A stretch of 64,000 bases of DNA, from positions 124,001 through 188,000 of the forward strand of contig MU005984.1 in the NCBI GenBank assembly GCA_010093745.1, in the 5' to 3' direction. The translations under genes were made by a program, and so were the position numbers. Source of the DNA: Piedraia hortae CBS 480.64. Taxonomy: Eukaryota. A model generated the notes under the pieces. That model ran no database searches. It had not been told where the DNA came from and saw nothing but the letters and a program-made list of their open reading frames with translations. This document shows, piece after piece, positions 33,737-44,000 of this stretch (within the stretch, counting starts at the first letter, position 1; the number at the start of each line of letters is the position of its first letter).

Positions 33737-35733
33737 ATGGCACTGTCCCATTTTCCATTGCACTTACTTTGTTTCATTCTGTCGTTTTCTACAGCAAGTG
33801 GCATCATAGCCTTAGATTGGAATGTCACTTGGGTCCGCGCCAATGCGGATGGTTTGGCTGAGCGGCTGACCCTTGGCATCAATGGGAAATGGCCACCACC
33901 ACTGCTCAACATCACCAAAGGCGATCGTATCATTGCCAGCATACATAATCACGTATCGCTTAGTACAAAATTCTCACTCGCATTGCTGACTTTGTAGCTG
34001 GGCAACCAAAGCACAAGCATGCATTTCCATGGCATGTTCCAGAAGGGCACCAATGAAATGGATGGACCGGTGAGCGTGTCTCGATGTGAGATCAGCCCCG
34101 GGGAGTCGTTTACATTGAACTTTATCGTGGGTGCTTTGCAATCTTTGCAATCTGTTAATCTGCATAGGGCGATCAACCGGGCACTTACTGGTACCATTCG
34201 CACATGCGAGGACAGTACCCAGACGGCCTTCGTCACCAATTTATCGTTCACGACCCCCAAAACCCCGTTCACGGCCAGTTTGATGTCGAGATCCCAATCA
34301 CATTGTCTGATTGGTATCACGATGAAATGTCCTTACTCATTCACAGATTCCTGAACTTCAGGAATCCTATAGGCGCTGAGCCAGTCCCCAATTCAGCGTT
34401 AATGAACGACACACAGGACTTGATGATACATGTTGAGCCAGGCAAGACGTACTTATTCCGCTTGACAAACGTGGGCGCATTTGCCGGTCAATATTTCTGG
34501 GTCGGAGGGCACAGCATGAGGATTATTGAAGTTGACGGTGTTTATGTCGAGCCCACAGAGACCGAGATGATATATGTGACGGCCGCCCAGCGTTATGGGT
34601 TCTTGGTGACGACAAGGAATGACAGCAGCATCAACTTTCCTCTCATGGCAAGTATGGATACGGTAAGCATCACCTTCATGCTTTGGGAAGCGGTTTTGAT
34701 GGGAGAATCAGGATCTCTTTGATGACATGCCCGACAGGTTGAACTGGAACGTTACCGGCTGGTTGGTGTACAATGATTCTACCCCTAATCTGCCTGCTGT
34801 CATTAAGGAGTCTTTTGATCCCCTCGATAATGCCCAGTTGGTGCCCTTGGATGGGATAAAAACTTTTCAAAATCCCAACTTGACGATAACATTGAATTTG
34901 TCAACGGCCAACCTCTGAGATGGCATCAGCTAGTGAGTGCACGAGTCTTACATTTACCTGGTGGCTTTTACCAATGAGCAAGTGCATTCTTCAACCAGAT
35001 CACCTACACAGCGCCCAAAGTGCCGACCTTGTATTCGGTGCTCACGACGGGCGAGGCCGCCTCAGATGTGCGAATCTATGGTGACTATACGAACAGTCTT
35101 TTGATTGAGAAAGATCAAATCGTGGAGATTGTCCTCAACAATGATGACCTCGGGAAACACCCCTTTCATCTTCACGGCCACAATTTTCAGGTGATTGTAC
35201 GGTTCAGAGAAAATAATGGACACTGAAACGCATCTGGCGGGTCTGTCGTTCCCAGAGTCCCAATGCGGCGCGACACATTAATGGTCCAGTAAATGAGTAA
35301 CTTTGTCATCCGATTTCGGGCAGACAATCCGGGGGTGTGGCTATTTCACTGCCATATAGATTGGCACCTGATCTCGGGCTTGGCAGCCACTTTGATCGAA
35401 GCGCCGAGGGATATACAGGAGGCAATTTCGATCCCCGCTGATCACCTTCGAGCATGCAGGACCAGCGGGCAAGCACAGAGAGGGAATGCTGCCGCAAACA
35501 CTGAACATCTATGGGATCTCACGGATCAGCCCAAGAGTCCCCCTCCCCTTCCAGTCGGGTTTGCCGTGAAGGGTGTTGTGGCATTGGTTTTTAGCTGCCG
35601 TGGTGCGATACTCGGGCTGATGATGATTATCGGGTAAGTTTTTGGCCTACCATCCCTTGCTGCTTACTCATATCAAAGTAGGTGCGGTATATGGCAGGCC
35701 AGAGGCATCGATATTGGGCCTTTGGAACTGTGA
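33737..35733 (+). pseudogene. FET3: Multicopper ferroxidase FET3/FetC pseudogene
   Basis: Signal peptide, [45 protein letters not shown]-terminal TM; five short introns; in-frame stops TGA 34916-34918, TGA 35224-35226, TAA 35290-35292. Confidence 0.92.
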
Positions 35734-36387
35734 AATCGCAGTATCCGGACAATGAGCATGCCATGTGAGTGTTTCCCGGACAAGCTGAGCGGATTTAGAG
35801 TCACGGAAATGCAATTGGCTCGTAATGTATGCGCTAAAGTAGGTACAGTGGAGCCAGCAGGACATGTTCCTGCAGCATACATTACTTTATCAGAGCCCTT
35901 GCAAGGCAGGCAGCTGCAGGACACAAAGCCCGTCCCTGCACAAGTTGGGATCATGCCTTGCGTCAATTTTGAGCCATTGGTATTGCCTATGCGAGTGAGG
36001 GTGCAACTGATGTGCAACCCAGCCAAGCATGCAAGCTGACAAACCAGTTGCATCTGACACCCTCTTCTGAGCGATTTGGCCCGGCTTATGGTTGCTCACA
36101 TTCACTACATACCCTTTCCCGCCGAGCCAGCAGCACCAACAGCGTTCCCAATCCCACGCCGTGACATGGGTGGGCCTCGCTAGGGCTGGTACTGTGAGGG
36201 CGAGGCCTGCATCTGAAGTGCACAACATTACATTCACGCACAGATCATGACGATCAGGAGGGGCAGCAACCCGTGGCACGAGTAATTGATAGCGTCTGAC
36301 AAGGGCGTGACGGCCGGGACAAGCCGCTACAAACAAACGTCGATGCCCCGCCCCCACCATCACCGCCCCGCCCAAATCCATCACACC

Positions 36388-37554
36388 ATGCCGCACCGCG
36401 TGCTGCTGACGTCGTATGGCGAGCGATCGGAACAAGCCAACCTTCCGCCGCTGGCCGCTTATCTGCTACGGCTGATGCAGCTGAAGCGGACGAACCTTTG
36501 CGTGTCGGCCGACGTCAACACCTCAGCCGAGCTGCTGAGGCTGGCCGAGGAGGTCGGTGACCACATTTGCGTGCTAAAGACACATGCCGATATTGTCGAC
36601 GACTTTAGTGACAAGACAATCCGTGCACTGGAAGAAATATCCAGCCGCAAACAATTCTTGCTCTTCGAAGACCGCAAGTTCATGGACATCGGCAACACGG
36701 TGCAGCAGCAATACTGCCGGGGCCCGCTGGCGGTCGCGCGCTGGGCCTCGATTACAAACGCCGCCCTGTTCTCCGGCCCAGCAATTGTTCCGGCCCTGGC
36801 CGAGGCCGCACAGCGCGCCATGGCCGCCAACAATTACTCGGTGCAGACCAACATCTCGGCAGCACCGGCGCCAGACTGGGGTCGAGACGAGGACGAAGGT
36901 GAGGAAGAGCAAGATGAAAGCGGCGGTGGTAAGAGTGACGGGCGGGAAAGCGAAAATGACGAGGAGGAGATTGAGTTGGATGAGGACGGCCTGCCAAAAA
37001 CCAGTATGTCAGGCCGGAAACCGTCAGTGGTATCAATCAGTACAACCATCTGCACCAAGACCGAAATAATCGCATCGCGGCTAGCGATGCGCAGGTCCAC
37101 TTCACGACACTCGTCAACAGAAGAGGAGTTTCACAACGACGACCGTGCAGAGCAGCTCGCCGAGCTCGGCGCTCCACCCTGCTTCCGCTCTCTTCTTCTG
37201 CTTGCGCAGATGTCGTCAGCCGATAACATGTTTTCGCCCGAGTACACGCAAAAGTGCGTCGAGCAGGCGCGCCGGAATCGTGACTTTGTCATTGGCTTCA
37301 TCGCTCAGCACTCGCTCAACTCGGAACAGGACGACCGGTTTATCACCCTCACACCGGGCGTCCAGCTCTCAGCGGCCGGTGACGCACATGGTCAGCAGTA
37401 CAATACGCCGGATAAGGTCGTGTGTGAGGGCGGCAGCGACATCATCATCGTCGGAAGAGGAATTCTGAAGACTGACGATCGAGCGCAGGCTGCGGCCACA
37501 TACCGGGCAAAGGGCTGGGATGCTTATGAAAAGCGACTTAGAGGCGCTCACTAG
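36388..37554 (+). CDS. URA3: Orotidine 5'-phosphate decarboxylase (pyr-4/pyrG) with a long acidic insertion
   Basis: TNLCVSADV, LKTHADI, FEDRKFMDIGNTV, LLLLAQMSS, TPGV, GQQYNTP, DIIIVGRG. Confidence 0.96.
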   Translation: MPHRVLLTSYGERSEQANLPPLAAYLLRLMQLKRTNLCVSADVNTSAELLRLAEEVGDHICVLKTHADIVDDFSDKTIRALEEISSRKQFLLFEDRKFMDIGNTVQQQYCRGPLAVARWASITNAALFSGPAIVPALAEAAQRAMAANNYSVQTNISAAPAPDWGRDEDEGEEEQDESGGGKSDGRESENDEEEIELDEDGLPKTSMSGRKPSVVSISTTICTKTEIIASRLAMRRSTSRHSSTEEEFHNDDRAEQLAELGAPPCFRSLLLLAQMSSADNMFSPEYTQKCVEQARRNRDFVIGFIAQHSLNSEQDDRFITLTPGVQLSAAGDAHGQQYNTPDKVVCEGGSDIIIVGRGILKTDDRAQAAATYRAKGWDAYEKRLRGAH

Positions 37555-37749
37555 ACAGCGCTGTAATTTGTAGCTGTAGCCCCGATCTTTCTCATCTTGG
37601 TTGGTCTGCCATTATCTGTCGTGGAAGGGAGATGCGCCGGCACGTGATATCGCGTCGCCCGTTGCACGTGCACATCACTTTCGCGTCACACGCAAGTCAT
37701 CAACGCGTTTACGCCTACCTACCAAGATATCACAGCTCCACCATCCAAA

Positions 37750-38577
37750 ATGCCAAGTGCATCTGAGCGCGCATTGCTGACTGAGCTTGCGGGGGCTACG
37801 CCGACTATGCTGCTGGACGACATCATCAATACTGTCAACGGCGTCATCTATGTGGCCCTCAACGCTGTCGAGGACGGGTTGAAGGGCACCCCGGCGGAGC
37901 AAATAGGGTTCGCGCAAGGCGGTCAAGATGGGAAAGCATTGCGGGACGGAGAAGTGACAGCGGAGAGTATGGAAGAGGCCAAGAACGACGAAATCGCCAA
38001 CGGCATGGTGCGTCTCGAAACGCTGCTGAACAGCTCCATTGATAGGACAATGGATCGGTTCGAAATCTACACTGCGCGCAACATTCTGACCGTGGGCGAT
38101 GAGGGCTTGCTGCCGTATGTCGTGCTGGATCACTACCGGGATATGCAGACATATGACTCTAACAGCCAGTGCTTGAGTATGGAGGATTTTGAGGCAAAGT
38201 GCAAACGGTTTAAGGAACTGAAGAAGCTGGAGAAGCTGCTGAGGAGAAAAGAGGCGGAGCAAGACGCCTTGTTGCCTTCGTTGCGCATCTTAGACTCGGA
38301 CTTAGCATTCCTAACCAAAGTTAACGGAAGCTCAGTGGCCAACTTGGCAAACGCGGCCCGAGCCATGCCGGGACTACTTTCGTTAGCAGCTAATTTGCAG
38401 TCCCGCGTAGCCGCTGCTCGAGTTGAAGGGATAGACGGCAGGGCAAAGTATATTGCGGAAGAGTCAACAAAGGCCGCAGAACGCGTTGGCGTTAGGGGTG
38501 GTGGAATGGCATCGGAAAAGAGCGAGAAAGAAGTGGTCGGTATTGAGCGTCTTGGCTGTGCCGTGCAGCACGAATGA
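37750..38577 (+). CDS. MIS12: Kinetochore protein Mis12/Mtw1
   Basis: LLTELAGATPTMLLDDIINTVN, EIANGMVRLETLLNSSIDRTMDRFEIYTARNIL; MCB element ACGCGT at 37703-37708 upstream. Confidence 0.88.
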   Translation: MPSASERALLTELAGATPTMLLDDIINTVNGVIYVALNAVEDGLKGTPAEQIGFAQGGQDGKALRDGEVTAESMEEAKNDEIANGMVRLETLLNSSIDRTMDRFEIYTARNILTVGDEGLLPYVVLDHYRDMQTYDSNSQCLSMEDFEAKCKRFKELKKLEKLLRRKEAEQDALLPSLRILDSDLAFLTKVNGSSVANLANAARAMPGLLSLAANLQSRVAAARVEGIDGRAKYIAEESTKAAERVGVRGGGMASEKSEKEVVGIERLGCAVQHE

Positions 38578-38584
38578 GAACTAA

Positions 38585-40738
38585 TCAGCGGTTCCCCCGT
38601 CGTCCACCCCTCTTCTTCCTCTCTAGATGGGCTTTCAGAATTTTACCGTGTTGGGCAAGCGAACGCTTCCCTTTCTTCTTCGCTTTGCCAAGCGTCATGA
38701 GCATATTCTTACGCCGCGCCTTTTCTTTGTTTGTCGTCGATTTGCCTTCCATTGCCTTCTTTTCCTTGCGCCGGGCCGTCATTGACCGGTGGTCGTTGCG
38801 CTCCGCCTCACCCGCTCCCTTGGCCATGGCGACTTTCTCCTCCTTACTGGCTTTGTGGGACAGGCGTTTGCATGCTTCAATATCTGCTGCTGTTACTCCA
38901 TCATCTGCATGCGCCGCATGAACTTTTTGCTGGATTCGACGTCTCTTGGCAGCCGGCAACGACGAAATGGCCGCTGCCTTACTGGTTTCCTTCATAATGG
39001 CAAAGTCTGCCGGTGTGAGGATGTACTTTGTTGCCAGCATCGCCGAGTCATCTTCGTTTTGCTCTTCTTTCTCTTCATCTTCATCGTCTTTATCTTCATT
39101 CTCATATTCTTCTCCTCCCGTCTTTTCTTCTTTTTCTGAATCGCTCTCTACGTTAATCCACCCTCCGCTTGATTCGGTACTTGTGCTTTGCACCTCCCAG
39201 TCTTCCCATCCCTTCTCTTCCAACAGTCCGTGTTCTTCCTTCCACTTTTTTAACAAATCCAACCCTTCAATCCTACCGATCTCCACCTGCCCAAACCTAC
39301 GAATACCCCCTTCGCCACTTCGAATTTTCAAAGCCGCATCTCGGCCCCGGTCGCGTTTCTTTAACATTTCAGCCGCCTCCTCGCGATATAGCGAGAGCAG
39401 ACCCCGGGCGGCTATCTGTACCCCTTTGTCCTTGGACTTGCGGTATTGCACGAGGTCTTGCAAAAGGGTTTCATTCATCGCCAGTGGCTGGCGTTTGCAT
39501 ACCTCCCGTATGGCATTTAGACCTGCACTCGCAACGTCGCCTGCGCTGGCCTCGGAAACGAACTCGTTTGCGATCTTTTGCACTAGCGGCTCAAGGTCAT
39601 CTGGAGGGACGGTTTTATGTGTTGCTTGGGCTAACGAAGCAAGGAAAGAGGTCACAGAAGACTGCTTGGGTGTGAGGAAACGCAAAAAGTAGCTGTAAAG
39701 CGGTGTAAGGACCAACTCATGCAGTCCAACCAACCTCGTCACCACATTGAGCACGAGAAGCTGCTGTTCCAGGTTAAGTCGCACTCTCGGTTTAGCCGGT
39801 TCCAGATACTGCCTAAAGAGCTTTTCGGCAAAATTCTGGGGGTTCTGCAGCAAGTGAAGGGCACTGAAATTGAGAGGATGAGGAGCATTCTTCTTTCTCT
39901 CATTTCGTTTGAGCTTCGCCACAGCAGCCCTGATCTCCTGTTCTTTCTTCGCAGACTTTTTGGTGATACCCGCTCTATGTCGCAGTTTACCAATGTCAAT
40001 GTCGACTTCATCCTCGCTCTCCTCTGCCGCCTCCTCCCGCTCCTTGTCACCGCCCAGGAAAAATCTAATGCCACTAGTGACGACCTTGGCGTCCCCAGAC
40101 AGAGCAGCGTATTCCATGATGCGCACGGCGTGAGCGTCGTCCCACACTTGGCGCTTCCACAGCTCCCTGGTCACCTTGACAGCCCATAGACCCTTTGTTG
40201 GATCAACCTCGATGATGTTCGAGCACTGCGCTTGAACATGCCTGTTTAGGGGATAGTTCTTCGTCTTTTGGTTTGCCGCACGCAGGTCTGATATGATCTT
40301 TTGGTACAGGAGCGCCCTCAGCGATTTAGAAGGGGTACTCAACAGAAGCGGCCAAAGTGCGTTGAAGAGTGTCTTGCTGTCGATGATGCCCTTTTTACGC
40401 AAAAGTCCAACGCTGTTCACAATCTTGTCACGCAGCTCTATTTCGAGGGTCGCATGGTGTTCTTGCAGCAGATTCATGAGTTCAGGGGCGAATCTTGTCG
40501 TTGCGACTGGATAGCAATCCGCCACTTGACTAATCAGCTCTATCAAGTCGCGCATGCGGACCAGACTGGCCGCATCAGTGCTTGTGGGGGAAATCAAGAA
40601 GAGGCCCAGCAGATCTTGGTAGTGGCCGTACTGGGCCTGGAAATCATCGCTGTATGATTGAGGATCCGAGCGAATCTTGTGCTGGAGGCTTGTATGGTCT
40701 GCATCAACTTTTTCGAGTGCTGCGACCTTGCGCTTCAT
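38585..40738 (-). CDS. SDA1: 60S biogenesis factor Sda1
   Basis: LQHKIRSDPQSY, FSALHLLQNPQNFAEKL, KIANEFVSE, GLNAIREVCKRQPLAM, ILTPADF, STTNKEKARRKN. Confidence 0.95.
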   Translation of the reverse strand: MKRKVAALEKVDADHTSLQHKIRSDPQSYSDDFQAQYGHYQDLLGLFLISPTSTDAASLVRMRDLIELISQVADCYPVATTRFAPELMNLLQEHHATLEIELRDKIVNSVGLLRKKGIIDSKTLFNALWPLLLSTPSKSLRALLYQKIISDLRAANQKTKNYPLNRHVQAQCSNIIEVDPTKGLWAVKVTRELWKRQVWDDAHAVRIMEYAALSGDAKVVTSGIRFFLGGDKEREEAAEESEDEVDIDIGKLRHRAGITKKSAKKEQEIRAAVAKLKRNERKKNAPHPLNFSALHLLQNPQNFAEKLFRQYLEPAKPRVRLNLEQQLLVLNVVTRLVGLHELVLTPLYSYFLRFLTPKQSSVTSFLASLAQATHKTVPPDDLEPLVQKIANEFVSEASAGDVASAGLNAIREVCKRQPLAMNETLLQDLVQYRKSKDKGVQIAARGLLSLYREEAAEMLKKRDRGRDAALKIRSGEGGIRRFGQVEIGRIEGLDLLKKWKEEHGLLEEKGWEDWEVQSTSTESSGGWINVESDSEKEEKTGGEEYENEDKDDEDEEKEEQNEDDSAMLATKYILTPADFAIMKETSKAAAISSLPAAKRRRIQQKVHAAHADDGVTAADIEACKRLSHKASKEEKVAMAKGAGEAERNDHRSMTARRKEKKAMEGKSTTNKEKARRKNMLMTLGKAKKKGKRSLAQHGKILKAHLERKKRGGRRGNR

Positions 40739-40976
40739 TTGGTCTGTCAGTCTTTGGTAGTAACAAAGAGCTGTAGAAGACGGGTGCGAGCAGTGACAAG
40801 TTGCACGGCTTTTGTGGATATGTGATCCTGGGTTCCTAAAATTACTGGGTAGACGTCTGAAAGCTGTTCACCAAAAATTTACTCTGAAGTTGCCAAAAGC
40901 TTGTTGAACGCCTAATGGGGTCGGCGCGAACCGCATGGACCGAACCGCTCGGGACGAACCGCACACAGACACCACC

Positions 40977-40987
40977 GAAAATTTTCA
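40977..40987 (-). promoter_or_regulatory. RRPE-like element TGAAAATTTTC in the SDA1/UTP10 divergent promoter
   Basis: Matches TGAAAAWTTTY; a second AAAAATTT core lies at 40873-40880. Confidence 0.55.
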
Positions 40988-41030
40988 AGTCTGGCGACAT
41001 GGTGTTCTGTGCTCCAAATCCATTGCACTA

Positions 41031-44000
41031 ATGGCAACGATTTTGCAGCAGCAGTTAGCTGCCATTGCAGCCAATAGCACGCATCAGTTGGATCTCAAAG
41101 CTCAGAAACTCCGGCACAGCAAATCTCTCATATTCGAGCCGCGACAGGCAGCGAAGCAGAGTTTTGACTCAATCTACCAAGATTGCTACAATGGATTCGA
41201 CCAGTTGTGTGCCCTGGATTTTCGGTTCATGCCCTTTTCACATAACCTTTTCAGTGACCAAAGTATCAACGAGGATCGCACCCAGATGACTTCTGCCGAG
41301 AACACCGAACTAAACAGAGTCGTGGAGAGCTTCATGGGCCTCGTAGGGGGGAGATTGCTGCTTCGGCCGGCGCTCATGGCTGTTGAATGGCTGATACGTC
41401 GGTTTCGTGTGCAAGAGTACAGCACCGAGTCGGTCATCCTAGCCTTTTTGCCATTCCACACCGCGAAAATATTTGCAGCGTTGCTTTCGATTCTCCCCGA
41501 ACATTTGCCAGCAACCTTTAAATGGCTTCATCCCTACGTGGTCGCGCACCAGTGTCCTCCCAGGCACGTTGTTCTGTCAGCTGCGATCAATAACCACGAC
41601 TTCTTCTCCACTTTTAACAAGTATGTGCTTGATCTGTCCAAAGCAAAACATCAGTCAGACGTGCTCTTACGGTTCTGGGCTGGCATCACAGCCCAAGTTG
41701 TCAACAGCCATGTAGACTCGACAATGTCCGGCAGAGAAGTCGTGCGCAAGCAGCGCGAGGAAGACGTGCTGATCAAGCTTTTACCCATGCTTCAGTCGGC
41801 AATCAGCATTTCTGACGCTCCACAACTCTATCTTGGCTCCTGCATGGCTTTGGTCATCCTTGCAGCCAAAATCCCTCTTTCAGAAGCGGTGCTGGATGCA
41901 CTGATGAGCTCAATGGCTCATTTTTGGGCCAGATCAACTCTGGCCGGCGGTTTGAAGAGCCTTGCGATGATTGCAGAGGAGAAAATGCAACCAGACGTCC
42001 CTAAAGTAGTTACTGAAGGGTTCCTGAAGGCTGACGGGGCAGTCGCAGTTATGGAGCGACTTTCGGAAAGCTCCCGCACACAGAAACTGACCCTTGGGTT
42101 GATAGCGGGCTGCATAGAACCTGATGTTTTGGCAGGGTATCCTCAGGCACTGAAGACAGCTCTTCGATTGCTGAACACCGGGCATTTGCCAAAACAACAA
42201 GTTGAGATTCTTCTGGAGCGAGTTTTGCCCAAGGCGTCTGAAGCTGTTGATAGAAATCAAAACAAGACTGAAATAGTGAGGCAGTTGCATGAACTGGCCA
42301 AGAATCTTACGACAGCGACGGCTTTCAGAGCAGCTGCAGATCGGACATCATTGGATCTCACAAAGCTCACACCTGGTGTAAAGTTCGAGACCTTGTCAGC
42401 ATTGACTAAGGATTTGGGCTCGGAAAAAAAACATGCGAATGCACCAACGATGGAAGCGGTCACTCCCCAGGCTGTGAATAACCCACCGTCCAGCAAAAAA
42501 CGCCCGGCAACTCCTGAACAGATAGATGCTGATTCTGTCACTGGTCAAGATGAGAATGGGCTGGCCAAAAGCGAGGAGCTTGATGAGTTTCGTGAAGCAC
42601 TTCATCATTCGAAAGACCATGCTCAGCTTCTGAAGTCTGTACGGGAAGAGTCGGAGCCTGAAATTCAGCGTCCATCCGCCAAGAAGCTGCGCACAAGAAA
42701 AGGATGTGCGCCCAGAAAACTTGAAGCAGATGTTGACAAGTTGGGCTTAACCGTTCGCAAACTTGAAATGGTGCTCGAACAGGTGGAATCGTCCAAGCCT
42801 CGAGCGGATACTGAAATGCTAAAGCAGCTGTTCCTTGTGATGGAAAAGATCCCCGACTATAAGAAGATAGTCGGTTCTGATCTAATCTATCTACAGAGCC
42901 TCGTGTTGGGCAGCTTGCACTTGGTGGTGAATTGCCTCAAAGAGAAGGCGGTGGACGTGCCCAAGCACATTCGTCCCGACTTGATTGTCGACTGCATTCA
43001 GTCAACCTCCAACACTCAAGTCCACAACACCGGCCTGCTGCTAATGAGTAGCCTGGCAAGCTGGTGTCCGGACAAAACAATAGAGCATGTCATGCCCTTG
43101 TTCACATTTATGGGCAGCACCGTGCTTCGCCAGCATGATGAATATTCGGCAAAGGTAACGGATCAAACCGTGGCCATGGTCGTGCCGCCGCTGGCTCGGT
43201 CTCGCAAAAAGCGCGGACAAGATGTCGTAGCCGGTGTGGCTAAGCTCCTCATCAGCTTTACGGCAGCATTTGAGCACATGCCGCTGCATCGCCGTGCCGG
43301 CCTTTATAAACATTTGGTCCAGGCTCTCGGTGCCACGGAATCCCTCTTTGCCGTCGTAGCCATGCTTGCCGAACGTTATCCGCTCGATGCACGCCTGCTG
43401 CTCTTCTTGAATGATCTAATCGGCGCCTTTCCCCTCGAGGTACAGTTTCATGCGTTCGAGAAGTACACTGACCTCGTCTCTGATGGATTAGCCAAAAAGC
43501 GCAATCTCTCAAACGTCATCCTGGGCTTCACCGATAAGCATTCAGAGCATGTCGATGCGTCCGTCAACCGATTGCTTGAAGCACTGACAGGGATATTGAA
43601 AGATTCCTCGTTGCGCAAACGGGTGGCAAAGCAGTTTACCAAAGGGGACTTGGAGGCAAAGCAAAATCTACGGGTGTCGTATGCCCGTCTGTTGGACAAA
43701 CTGTTGGACCTAGACCTGCGGATGTCGTCAAAGGGAAGCCTCAAGCACACGCTGGACAACACGTTCTCGGCATCACTCAATCTGCTGCCAACAAAAGATT
43801 TCATCGAGTCCAGCACCCAGCTCATGCAAGAGGGATCTGACGCCACGCGGAGACAAGTCTTCCTCTCGCTTGTGGAACGTGTGGACAAGGCCAAACTAGG
43901 AGACTCTAGCTTAAGGCAAACGTTCCTAAACACGCTACAAAACTGCACCATCTTTGTGGACGATCGTCAGCCGGTGCCTGTGCGGCATGCGGCCATAATG

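Noticed and set aside
26944..35733. TGA reassignment (e.g. to Trp or Sec) explaining the internal stops
   Set aside because: TGA ends many intact genes here (SDA1, UTP10, MIS12, GIM3, ALO1); the lesions also include TAG, TAA and frameshifts, and one TGA replaces a conserved Gly.
40935..41030. 32 aa N-terminal extension of UTP10 from ATG 40935
   Set aside because: Homology starts at MATILQQQL and the segment contains the RRPE-like promoter motif, so it is probably upstream of the TSS.
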